Source of the DNA: Takakia lepidozioides
Taxonomy: Eukaryota > Plantae > Bryophyta
DNA length: 64,000 nucleotides
Reading direction: 5' to 3'
Assembly: GCA_030704615.1 (NCBI GenBank)
Contig: CM060731.1
Coordinates: 31,000,001-31,064,000 of the forward strand
Under the pieces are notes generated by a model that saw only the letters and a list, made by a program, of their open reading frames with translations, was not told the DNA's origin and did not search any database. This document shows, piece by piece, positions 10,974 to 22,732 of this stretch. Position 1 is the first letter of the stretch; the number at the start of each line of letters is the position of its first letter. The translations under genes were made by a program, and so were the position numbers.

Positions 10974-12385
10974 AGTAAGCCGACAATGCCTTGTGTCGTT
11001 GGCCATTCCTTCTCTCTCACAATTGCCCCCCATATGCAGTGCCTGAAGGGGTTGTCCCGCCCTGGCGCGTGAAGTGTACCTCTCGCCTGCCGACACAACG
11101 GAGGATGACTAGCCAAGAGTACTAGAGGTCACTTCAAAAACCGGGTGGTTTCCTGAAAGCAAGCTGTAACCCAGTGTAAGAGAATGTCAGCCCAACAGAT
11201 ATCAGAATCCCTCCACAGGCAATCGAAGTGCATTTGACCACAGCAATTCTCCCTCAAACTAGTCTGGATGTGTACTACAACTGAATGTCTGTGTATATTA
11301 CCAAGAAGACAGCCAGGTGACCTCCAACTTTCTCAAGCAGCATACACCAAGGCGAAATTCATTAGCCAGAAAGAACAGTAGCAGGAGAAATAATGTTAGA
11401 CCGAGGTTCTACAAGCTCACCATTGCACCCATTATCGCTTTTACAGAAAATCATAGAAGCTGAAGCGTAATCCAGACTCAGATTTCTTGCTCTGCACTCT
11501 ACCGAATGGGACCAGGGGAGACGCACGTGTGCTGTTTTCGTCCATAATAAGACAGCATCCCGCCACGGCAAGAGCTCACAACACTGAACTCTTCCCAACA
11601 CTCTCCACTGACATGTCTGTCTGTCTGTCTCTGCCTACTCTTTCTGGTTATCGTCCGTTACCGACAGTATTCTGCTGCTTCTCGTCAAACACAAGGACGT
11701 ATTTCCCATGTGTTCGTCCGGGAATGAAAAGTATATCCTCTTACACTCAATCAATTGCATTTTCAGTTATTTTTGTATTTTCAAACGTTTAGTAAGGGCA
11801 GTTGATGCAGATCTTAAATCGCAGAATCTTACCCCTACTCGATATTACAGCAGGAGATATCGCCACGATTCAGGAATGAAGGGCCAGATCTGTGTCTCGG
11901 CCTCCCAAGGCGGATTGATCCCTCAGGAATCGTTCCAGAGAACGGAACGGAGGAACAAAGAAAAAAGTTGTACCAATTTTTCTTAACGGCCAACAAATTT
12001 ACAAATCACCAATGTGTAGTTCAAGGATTGAACCCAGGATCACCCAGGATATTAAGAAAGGCTTGTCATAGAAAGGAAAATTGAGTATCGGCAAGGCCTG
12101 GCCTCGTGGCGTGCGTCAGCCGCCCTCGTGCTTATTCGGACGAATCCTCTCGCGCCACGTGTTTTTATTTTCTCACTGTACTGAACCAACACACCGCCCC
12201 AGACAGGTGGGAGAAGATGATATCACACACAACTATAGGATTTGAACCCAGAGTAATCTGGGTGGCACTCATGGTTATTAAGTTTTATTTTAATAAAACA
12301 ATGTAAAAGAAGAGAAGAGAAAATAGAAGAAAACGGAAAATTGTCAAATTCAGAAATAATGGAAAGAGAAAGGAAAGACTGTAAG

Positions 12386-12435
12386 TATATAAAGAGTGCG
12401 AAGCTAGGGTTTGGCGAACTGCACTCAAACCCTAG
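12386..12435 (+). promoter_or_regulatory. TATA box plus two oppositely oriented telo-boxes upstream of cyclin L1
   Basis: TATATAAA at 12386-12393, ctagggttt at 12404-12412 and aaaccctag at 12427-12435, about 110-160 bp before the ATG at 12548. Confidence 0.45.
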
Positions 12436-12547
12436 ATTGTTGAGAGAGACGACCTTGCTGATTGCACTTAGAGGTTGTGGGGATTGATGTAGCTTTGGTC
12501 GATTGCTGGATTTGGTTATTGGCCGCGGGTGTCAGTCTCTGCACGCA

Positions 12548-13828
12548 ATGACTTACACCGGGTTAGACAGCTTTGTTTCCAAGGAGGAACTGTTGGATTC
12601 CTGTTCAAGGAAGGATGGGGTTGACGAGGAGACTGAAACTATGTTACGCCGCTATGGCTGCGACCTGATCCAGGAGAGTGGAATCTTGTTGAGGTTGCCT
12701 CAAGCAGTCATGGCAACAGGACAAGTGCTTTTGCATCGGTTTTACTGCAAGAAGTCATTTGCGGAGTTCTTTGTGAAGACGGTGGCGGCAAGTTGTGTCT
12801 GGTTGGCAGCAAAGCTCGAAGAGTGCCCGCGGAAGATTTCGGACGTCTTGCAAGTGTTCCATCGAATTGAGCGCAGGCGTAACATGTCACCCCTTACCTT
12901 GTTGGGATTAGCCTCTCAGGAGTATGCACAGATGAAGAGCGATCTGATCAGAACAGAGCGACACGTTCTGAGGGAGATGGGATTTATTTGCCATGTGGAA
13001 CACCCGCACAAGTTCATCATCAGCTATTTGAAGCTGCTTGAGGCGCCGGAAGAGCTCACGCAGGTGGCTTGGAATCTTGCAAATGACAGCTTGCGAACTA
13101 CGCTTTGTGTCCGGTTTAAGAGTGAGGTTGTGGCGTGCGGAGTTGTGTATGCTGCGGCAAGGCGATTCAAAGTACCGCTGCCTGACGACTGGTGGGTAGT
13201 GTTTGATGCAAAATTTAGTGAAGTTGAGGAGGTTTGTGTAGTTCTTGCAGACCTGTATCGACAATCAAAGGTCGAGTACGTCAAAATTGGAAGAGATTCC
13301 AAACTATGTATATTGAACAGCAAATACTGGGAACTGTCCCAGGCTGTACTACAAGAATTGACATCGAAGGAAATAGTGAAAGGAGCTGCCCCTTCCTCCC
13401 AGGCACTGCTGAGCAGGACCTCTGATGGTAGGGTTGCAAAAGACCCTGCGGTAAGAGGGGAATTAGCTTTGAAGGATCTACGGAAGGATCTGGAAGTAAT
13501 TCGAGTATTTTTAACTAACGTGGATAAAACTTCAGCAGGAAAGGTTGATCCGGTTAATCAAACTGAGGATGACAACAGTAGGGGAAAGAACATGGGGAGA
13601 TCTACGGATAGAGAGCATGGGAGGGCGCACCAAAGGAAGCGGGACAGAGAAAGGATGATAGAGAAGTACAGGGAACGAGGTAGAGAAAGTGCTCAAGATC
13701 AGCAGTATGGGCGCAAGGAGGTAAGCAGGGACTTGGGTCATTTTGAAAATCTTGGAAGCCGCCATTCTTCTCAGAGGGATGTTCGGCTGGTGGTTCGAGA
13801 AAAGAAGCGGTCGCGGTCGCAACATTAA
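12548..13828 (+). CDS. CYCL1: Cyclin L1 (intronless)
   Basis: YGCDLIQESGILLRLPQAVMATGQVLLHRFY, EMGFICHVEHPHKFI and AWNLANDSLRTTLCVRF match plant cyclin-L1; R/E/S-rich tail. Single uninterrupted ORF. Confidence 0.92.
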   Translation: MTYTGLDSFVSKEELLDSCSRKDGVDEETETMLRRYGCDLIQESGILLRLPQAVMATGQVLLHRFYCKKSFAEFFVKTVAASCVWLAAKLEECPRKISDVLQVFHRIERRRNMSPLTLLGLASQEYAQMKSDLIRTERHVLREMGFICHVEHPHKFIISYLKLLEAPEELTQVAWNLANDSLRTTLCVRFKSEVVACGVVYAAARRFKVPLPDDWWVVFDAKFSEVEEVCVVLADLYRQSKVEYVKIGRDSKLCILNSKYWELSQAVLQELTSKEIVKGAAPSSQALLSRTSDGRVAKDPAVRGELALKDLRKDLEVIRVFLTNVDKTSAGKVDPVNQTEDDNSRGKNMGRSTDREHGRAHQRKRDRERMIEKYRERGRESAQDQQYGRKEVSRDLGHFENLGSRHSSQRDVRLVVREKKRSRSQH

Positions 13829-13844
13829 CGAAATCCTTCTAGGA

Positions 13845-16450
13845 GGACCACATGGAAAACCTGGGGGTGTTACTTTTATTATTGACCGAATTCAGTGCCA
13901 TTCTGTGCATTTCAGGGCATGTTTTTCTTACATCGGTGCAGATGAATGTTGCTCTGATCATTGCCTCTGTCCTTATTTCCGTTGAGAATTGCTTGCAGGG
14001 AGACCTTGTGTTGACCAGTTTCATGACAGTCCATCTTTCTGCAAGGAGCCCTGCCTGGGTGCAAGAGAGGCACTAATTACTGGGGGGCAATTCTCCATAT
14101 ATCTGGGGTAAGATTTTCCCAGTTTCTCCTGTATAATTTACATCACTGCAGCAAGTGTTCTTAGCAGATCCTACACCAACCTTTGGAGAACTGGTGTGTC
14201 ATCGTCAATGTGTCTGTGGTTGGGGCTATATTGGAGGGTAGATGGCCATCTGTTTGGTATCCTGTCTTCTGATGGGTCATTCACCAAGTTGTTAGATAGA
14301 CTGAAAAGAGCAGTGCTGTGGGCCAGCAATGTTGGCTTCCTGCTAAAACGAGCCATACAAGGCTGGCTGTACATGGACATTTGAAATGCATCTTGTCAAG
14401 GAACAGATGAAGCAGTTGTATACAAAGTCTCTGAGTAAAGTGAAGTTGTCTACTTGAAACTCATTACTGTTGAATGGTGGAAAACTGCAAATTTGTTGCG
14501 CAAAGTGACAATGTTTTGTGCAAAGGCTAGCGCACCTTATGGCTATTAGACCTTGATGCAACTGATTTGTTGAAGTGTTCGGAACTGAATGGCACATGTG
14601 GGAAAAGAATAGCTATATCCACTGATGTGACTTTGCTCATGTGGCCTTTCCATGTTGGTAACTGCATGATGTGTACAAATTCGAGCTAACTCTATGTCAC
14701 TCTGTACAACCCATGAGAATGGGTTGGATATTTATGGGAGTGTATGTAGAGATTAGAACTGAATTTGTTGACGGGGGAATGGCCTTAGTGGGCTCTGAAG
14801 AGATCAAAGCTTCTTGATATGTCTTGTATCCACCCCAGAGGATATGGGTACACGAGCAATTCTAGAATTGGGTGAATGATGAACTCCACAACAGTCATCT
14901 CTTGTCCAGTCATTTCTAGATATGAGATGAGATGACTGTTCTTTGATTTCATCGTCTACCCAACTCTGCAAAGCAGGATGATACTTCAGCAGTTACATCT
15001 CGGTAATCACACTAAAGATGGAGCACCTGGACATAGTAGGGAAGAGAACAAGGATAGGTCAACAGCTAGATAGCATGGAAGAGCAAACAAAAGGAAGTGG
15101 GCAGCAGATGGATGAGAGACCATCGGTGCATGTAGAGAAATCAGTTCATTCTCATCATGGTAATGCCTGAATGAGGGTCACATGGAAAACCTGGGTGCGG
15201 TGCTCAAGAGTGCCAATACATGCATGCTTTCTGACATGTCTGTAGGTTTATGTTGCTGCCTGGGCAACCCAGGGAAATCCTCTTCTGACTTGTACTTTTC
15301 TTGCTTATTTCTCTGGAGAGTCTCTCACAGGGAGACCTGATGTACGACAGCTTTATCATACCCATCTTCCAGCAAGGATCACTGGCTGCAGGGACACTCC
15401 AGACAGAGCATGAGCGTATTCCCTCCATGTGAGCTGGGGGTAAGATTCAATGTCACTGAATTTGTGCTCCATTCACACAATTTGTAGCGAAGTATTTCTA
15501 GCAGACCCTACACATAAGCTTGGAGAAGGAGTTTGTCACTATCAATGTCTTTGTAGTTGGGGCTCTCTCGGGAGTAGATGGCCATGTGGTTTTGTTCCTG
15601 TGTCCTGATGCCCCATCCACACTCACTACTGGTTAAATGAGCGGAAAAGAGTATGTCCCTGGGCTGAGCAAAGTTGGCTTGTCGTATACAAAGCTTTCAG
15701 TCTAGATGTCAAGAGGCAGGTTTAAGTGGTTCTATCGTTAGTCTTTGAGTTAAGTGAATTTGTCATTCATATTTAGTATCGGGCAATTGAAAATTTGATG
15801 TGTAGAGTGACACATATTTGTGCAAAGGCTAGTGCACCTTGTGGCAGTTATAACTTGAAGCATTATATCTGTGGGTGAGTTGTTTGAAACTAGATTGCTA
15901 TATCCAGAGAGGTGCCTGCTGAAGGTGGCTTTTTTATGTTAGTTTATGCACGATTCATACCAGTGATGGACCCGGCATCAGATGGGTTGAGTATTTGTGC
16001 AAGCATTTCTAAAGACTAGAATTAAATTTGTTGATCTGGGAATTCCCTCCACGGCTAATCAATTGTTCTTTTTATCTGCCCCAAAAGATATGCCAATTGA
16101 CGTGCAATTCCAGAACTGGGTAGATTGCGGATTCTGGGAACTGTGATCTCCTCTGCTCATTTCAGGATGTGAGATGACCGTTATCTGATCCATGATTTCC
16201 ACTATGGAACCGGACTGTACTTCAACAAGAAAGGAAAATCAAGTTATTTACACTAAAAAAGGAGCAGTGGACAACAGTAGAGAACAGGGGTAGGTCAATG
16301 GATCTAGAGACTGGGAGGGCACACTAAAAGGTGGGACAGAGAAAGTGCGAACAGGGGTAGGTCAATGGGGATGTAGAGACTGGGAGGGCACACTAAAAGG
16401 AGGGACAGAGAAAGTGCGAAACATCAAGAGAATGGGTGAGGAGTTTCAAT
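13845..16450 (+). repeat. Two diverged ~1.3-kb tandem units, possibly decayed cyclin L duplicates
   Basis: Shared anchors catggaaaacctggg (~13849, ~15181), gggagacct (~13998, ~15331) and gcaaaggctag(c/t)gcacctt (~14520, ~15822). Both unit ends resemble the cyclin 3' coding segment gacaacagtag...gggagggc.cac.aaagg..gggacagagaaag. Confidence 0.6.
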
Positions 16451-16909
16451 CATTCTAAAAAGAATTATTTCCGAGGGAAAACTTACGGTAGACGTAAAAC
16501 TATTTGCGGGTATCCTCTTTAGTATGACATCTTGTGTAACCAGTCGGTAGCTCATTTGGAGAGAGCACTCAGTGTGATCCCATCTTACTCATGCAACCCA
16601 CACACAAGAACAGCAGGATGTGCATGCCCTAGGCCCTTCTGCAATCTCTAAATGCAGCGGTTTTCCTTGTCTCCTCCACCGTGCAATAATTGAATTGCTA
16701 CAACAAATGGAGGTTTTTTGACTGCAGGTTTGTGCCCGCAGGTTTGTGCCCGCAGGTTTGTGCCGGTCATTTGCATGTCTGACTACAAATACAACTTGTA
16801 GTTGTATATGGCAAGGATGTTGTTAGTGCAGATATAGTAGTGACTATATGATTCCACGAGATGTGGTCAAAGAAGGTTGACCATCTTCATGTGATAATTG
16901 ATATGACTA

Positions 16910-17379
16910 AGGGCGCTACCACATGAGCGGCAGTGGAAAGTCCCCGCAACCTGCTGAAGGCCTGTTGATTGGTTGATGGATCGTAAGTCCCCACAACCTA
17001 CTGAAGGTTTGTTCATTGGTTGATGGATTGTAAATTGACAGCCTCACCTACCACATGGGAGGAACGCCAACGAGAAGGCAATGTGACGTGGTGCTTATGT
17101 GGAGCCTCTCCGTGAAAGTAGGATTTGCAGGGACTATTGCCTAGAAATCCGAAATGTTAGGGAACTTCTTTGTCGTGATCTACTCCTTCTTGTCGTGGAA
17201 CTCATCTGAGTCAATCATTTTTGCTTCTTGGCTATCTGTTCCCGTGCCCGTCAACTGCCGCTCATGTGGTAGTGTTTCTTGTTTTTGCTGACATGGGCCT
17301 ATTCTCCATAACATCACTATGCTACAATCCTAGCCAGGGACTTCCATATCACTCACTGCCGCTCGTGTGGTAAGGCCCT
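16910..17379. mobile_element. MITE-like element with ~25-bp TIRs (Harbinger/Tourist- or TA-target type)
   Basis: Left agggcgctaccacatgagcggcagtg versus right cactgccgctcgtgtggtaaggccct, flanked by TA on both sides. Internal ~47-bp tandem repeat at 16938-17030 and an extra internal TIR copy at ~17255. Confidence 0.75.
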
Positions 17380-17394
17380 TAGTTAATCACGCAC

Positions 17395-17470
17395 TTGAGC
17401 ACAGTGGTTGGGTGTTTGTGCCTTGCCCGTGCGTAACCTATGTGATCCTAGGTTCAATCCTTCAACATGT
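17395..17470 (+). mobile_element. tRNA-derived SINE-like head (degenerate)
   Basis: A-box-like agcacagtggttggg and B-box ggttcaatcc. No valid cloverleaf. Confidence 0.3.
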
Positions 17471-18021
17471 CAAACTGTCCATTGGGCCCTCGATGGCCTG
17501 TGTGTTGAGGAATGGGCTTTGTAAATTCACCGGACGATAAAGAAACTTTATCTTTATGTGATATTTGTAGCCCATTGCTATTATTGAGAAAAAATTAACC
17601 ACTTCAATATTTATAACCGTCCAAATACATCTCTCACACCGGACCATTGTATCTTTGGCAATTCAGTGTAGGAAAATTTCCACATGTCGTCCCCAAACAT
17701 ATCAAGTGATCAAGATTCGCAACCATCACCCATTCATATTGATCCACCTCCTTAGCAGCATTCCCATTATCCACCACAAAGTCCTACATCGGATCAGCTC
17801 GAGCATCTTCTACAAGGTCGTAATCATCATCATCAGCTTTCACAAAGCAAGACCAACAAGCAGCTAGTCGCGTAATGGCTCCACCCTAAAACTCTTAAGT
17901 TGAAAAATTCCTATAAATATTATATTGAAATAAAATATAACATATATTCAAATTATATGTAAAACATGCTTTACGGCTGTATCCCCACGGGTTATTTTTC
18001 CTGTATTTCTTAATGTATTTT

Positions 18022-18117
18022 CCAGGGCCTCCGTCCCCTGTTCCAAAAATAAATAAAAACAAAATAGTCTGCATAAGAGAAAAAGTTATTTATTTAGTTA
18101 TTTGACAGAGGCCCTGG
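18022..18117. mobile_element. Tiny TIR element (CAGGGCCTCCGTC termini)
   Basis: ccagggcctccgtc ... gacagaggccctgg inverted pair (13/14). Similar termini recur at ~38338 and ~38729. Confidence 0.45.
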
Positions 18118-18204
18118 CAGCACTTTATTATATTGATGTGTGAATTAAATATTGATGTATTCGGATATTACAAAACTGATCTTTGGATTTATTAGTTATT
18201 AAAA

Positions 18205-18480
18205 TATTGAAATGCTTGTTGAAATACTCACTGAACTATTCAAATACTTGTTAAAAACTGGCTGAAATATTAAAATAATTGCTGAAATACTGGCTGAAGT
18301 ACTGAAATATTCGCTGAAAAACTGGCTGAAATACTGGCTGAAATACTGAAATGCTCGATGAAAGAATCTTGATTGAAATACTGAAATAGCTAATGAACAC
18401 TGAAATACTCGCTGACAAACTGGCTGAAATGCTGAAATACTTGTTGAAAATCTTGATTGAAATACTGAAATACTGAAATA
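18205..18480. repeat. Degenerate minisatellite of (g)ctgaaatact units
   Basis: More than 15 imperfect copies of tgaaata(c/t)t. Confidence 0.8.
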
Positions 18481-21400
18481 GAGTCCAAGTGAATGCTCTC
18501 AAGATTGGAAGCTGCACATCCACTTGCTGGATCAGATCATAGAGAACCTTGTCTAAATATTGGCTTCATGGCAACATTGTAACTACAACACTGAGAACTA
18601 GCAGATTTTGTGCCAAGGTAAAGAAAGCTGATTATGGACAAATACTAACCAAGCATACCCTCACTAAGCCGTGTTACAACAAGCTCTTAGGTTTCAAGAA
18701 ATGGACAGATAATCAACCCAAACAGATGAATGATGGCTGGAGAGCTTCGGGGTTTTCTTGTAAGCTTAGCAAACTCTGATCTCAGATGTTCTCTGATCAC
18801 TTCTACTGTCACATAATTGTCTACCCCCAACAACCCAGATCAGATATAGAGCCACACCACAGTTTGGAGGTATGGTCACCTGAGTGAGCAAATCAGCTGC
18901 TGTCATCAAAGCACACCCTAAAATCTGTTCTGATTTCCCCCAAGTTATGCAAAAACATCAACATGGATACCAGATTGCCTCACCAACTATATTTCCCTCA
19001 ACTTGTCTAATCTATCCTCAGTGGTTGGTGAACCCATGTTCGCCATGCTGTCCAAGTTAGAGCTTCCATTTCTTATGTTCTTGAAACTGTCGGTCAGAGG
19101 ATGCCGAGCACAGACCTGCAAGAACGGGAAGGGCTGGCTAGTCAGAAAAGTCATTTCCAACACAATAGCAGCGGCAGTAAAGAGAGTTGCGCACACTGAG
19201 GCAACACAGTAAGAGTTGGGCCGCTCCAGAGCCTCACAATCCCGCTGCACAATCAGAAAATCAAAAGAAAAACCATGTCCATAGTTACCTTCTAAATGGA
19301 CGCATTGAAGACTCAATCATCCCTCTTAAGTGAAAAGAGCACTATTGTGTTCAAGAAATATATGAGAACCCTGATTGATCCACTCTCAACAAGAGAAAAC
19401 CGTGGGGCCAATCAAGCCCCAAAGAAGAAGACACACCTGGTAAGTAATGGCATCAAGAGCACTAATACGATCGAGACGCAAGGACTTGCCAAAGAGCCTC
19501 TCATGCATTCCATGGTTGAACCGCCCCGCCTTTTGTCCGAGTGTGTGTTGATGGAGGGGGTCAGTTGCCACCTAGCTCCAACAACCTCGAGACCTTCTCT
19601 TTCGACTCTTGAAACCCAGGCAACAAACACTGAGAAGCCACTAGATCCTAAACGGCGCTAAACCCAAACCCTAAACTCTGATGCCACTTTTTCATTTATA
19701 AGGAACTTTTTCATCCATTCCATCACGACATTCATTCTCTATTTGAGTCTACTCAAGGATTTGACCCTACCACCTTCGCAACCTGGCACAACCATGATAC
19801 TACCAAGATATAACCTGTTCCTGCAAAATAAAAATGAGTAATTATGTTTATAGATGTTTATATTTGTTTTGTATACATGCATGGTTCTACATTTGTCAAA
19901 TCAGATGCTTTCAACTCAACCCATTGTACTCAAATTTATTTTCTCATTATTATTCTCATTTTTTTGGGGCTCCCAGTCTTTCACCATGATTAAAAAATGT
20001 GACTGTAATATAGAATACAAAATCTATATAATAAATTGTAATAAAAATATTTTCCTCTGAAATTTTTATTGTAAATATTATGAAACATTGAATTATTTAA
20101 AATATATATACTCCAAATAATCACTTGTAAAAATATATATATATTTGGAGGTTACTGTTTTATTTTAATGTTAAGCAAATATAATACATTCTACTATGCA
20201 TGCCTATTGCGTTTTCAAGGAAATCTGGGAGCGACAGCCCCAATTCAGGCAGTTGAGGAGGGAGAAAAATACAGATATGTGTATCCCTATATACCCTTCA
20301 TTTATGGGTCCTCATTTATAAATATTTAATGTGTAAGATTCATTTATGGGTCTTATTCAATCAAGGTAACATTTAAGTGGGGGAGGATTACCTGTTTCAT
20401 GTAGGTACTATCTAGAGGAGGTATATCAGGATCTTACTCATTTTTGGCACCAATGTGTGGTCTCTCCCTTATAGGGAAGAGCCAATAAACACATATGAAT
20501 TCAATGTTGCACCGCTCCAACATAAAATGCCAATAAAATATGCGAGTGCCCAAATGAGGGAGACAACAACAAGAATGCTTCACAATGCGAGCTTAGCAGT
20601 GCCCAATGAAGGCGATTGTCATGATTTAGTCCTGGTTAACTAGAATTACCTACTTCTAGTTAATTAGGATATTTAGGATATTTATATTTGTATTTTGTGT
20701 GTTGGGATTTCATTCGGTCTCCAATTGAGGTGTCAAGCCTTACTTAAGACATGGAGATAGGCTTTCCCCTTGTGAGGGTTGAGGAGGCTCATCTTCTTGT
20801 AGTTGAGCCTCCATCAGCCTCTCTTACCTCCATAGCTCTAGGTATTGAGAGGGAGTGTGTTGAGGGCTTTGTAAGGTGGATTCGTTTAGCCAAGGTGCCC
20901 TTGACCCGACTTAATTTATGTAATAGAGTGGATTTTCATTAAGGGTTTGCTCTTAGTCTGATTGCTTTCATGCTTGTAGTGTTTTTTTTTCCCCCCTAAA
21001 ATTTTAAAAAAATGGAGTTTTTTTTTTTCTTTTTTTTTCAAATTAGATATTCGAGAAAAAATAACCTCGTGTGAGGTCATTAGGCAATACAATCGTGGGA
21101 AACCTCCAAGAGAGCAAAGGGACACTAGTTCACTAAGTGTTTTCCTTTTCTTCAACTTATCTATTTCTCATTTTTTATCATTGACATAGCTTTCTAGGAT
21201 TGTCTGCTTAGAATGTGTGGTGGATAACTATGTATGTTGTGGCACGATGCTTAGGTGAACGACATCTCTAAACATCATTCCAGAGTGGTTTCCACATATG
21301 AGGGATATCATTGAGTAAATTTATCATGAAGAAATCAATGACCTACATGGACATCCGGCTATTAATGCAAGTTTTATCTACAATTTGTGCTAGGCATTCA

Positions 21401-21624
21401 AGTAGATACTTGAGTACCTATGACATGCTGCGAAAATGGATGAAATGGATATTTGCAATAGATTAGGTACTAAACACGAACAGTGACCCTAGTAAAAGTA
21501 TAACCTTTTATCATTTCACTGTGGGATGGCCATCTTTTCAATATATTTCTAGACATTATTTTCGATTTGATTTATATATTCTATGATCGGGAGATCAGTA
21601 GTTAGCACTAACTAAGGTCAATAC

Positions 21625-22405
21625 CAGTGTTGGGCGGTTACCCGCTGGTTCAGGTTAACCGGAACCGGGCCCATTCTAGAGAACCTGACCCGGAACCGGA
21701 ACCTGCCAATGGGGATCGGTGCAGACCCGAACCGGCGGTTCCTGCTGGGTGTGAGAACCGGAGAACCGGGGCATATAGGGATAAAAACAGGTTCCTTCTT
21801 GAACCCACTAAGAGAGCTGGTGGGCCAGGGCAAAACTTCTTTAATGCTCTCAAGCTCATGAGATCCTGGGTTCAATGCTTGAAGGCCATGAGATTCTATG
21901 TTCAATGCTTCAGCGCCATGACCTTGGGTTCAATCTCCGGCTCCAAGATATCCTGGCTAAGTTCATTAATAAAATGTTTGAAGATGCCAATACTTGCCAC
22001 GTAGCTGAATAGTACTTTCAACCCATAAAATTTTACCCATTTTCTTCTACCAGTCTATTTAGAGTATTTTTGTTTGTTTTTCTGTGTTAGTGAAAAGTAA
22101 CAAAATCGTTGGATTTTAGTTCAAATATGTGAATACACTACTATTTAATCTACCGGACTGATAAAATATTTTAAAATCTAATTAAATTAAACAAATATAT
22201 TTTTAAAATAGAACCGGAACCGATGGTTTTAATCAGCAACTAACCGGTAACCGGAACCGCCCCCATGTTTAAAAGTTGGATCCGGAACCGGACCGGAACT
22301 GGCTCAATAAATAAAAACCGGAACCGGATCCGGAACCGTCTCTTGAAATAATTGTGGAACCGGAACCGAAGGTTCCTTCACAAATGCAAGAACCGCCCAA
22401 CACTG
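21625..22405. mobile_element. Non-autonomous hAT-family element
   Basis: Perfect 15-bp TIR cagtgttgggcggtt / aaccgcccaacactg; 8-bp TSD gtcaatac / gtcagtac (7/8); subterminal ggaacc/ccggaa repeats. Confidence 0.9.
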
Positions 22406-22480
22406 GTCAGTACGTTCATGTTGTTCAAAAGTGTCGGATTGTTTTTGAATTTCCAGTTTTGAGTCTTTCCCAAAACCCTG

Positions 22481-22489
22481 AAACCCTAA
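22481..22489 (+). promoter_or_regulatory. Telo-box upstream of NUP214
   Basis: AAACCCTAA about 250 bp upstream of the ATG. Confidence 0.35.
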
Positions 22490-22732
22490 AACGCCTTCGC
22501 AGGAGGAAGCCTTTCTCTTGATTGTAAGACATACACAAAGCTGTAAATGTTGATGGGAAAAGTTCTGCTGGAAATAACTCTCTGGATATGTGTGCCGGCC
22601 AGCATATGTACAGTGACGGCCTCGGAAATCCAGGCTCGTTTTGGATTTCTCGGAGTGTTGTAATCTGCTCTCCCTATCTCTCTCTCGCTGTAATTTTCGA
22701 CGCACAATGTTGTGAGCCTCCGAGGTACAGTA

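Noticed and set aside
18251-18523. 90-aa SISIS/VFQP ORF
   Set aside because: It is a translation of the minisatellite.
18550-19680. Possible decayed transposase or gene
   Set aside because: No motif recognised in any frame, so a call cannot be supported.
20370-20950. Solo LTR
   Set aside because: There is a PPT-like purine run, but no clear TG...CA boundaries, TSD or second copy in the window.
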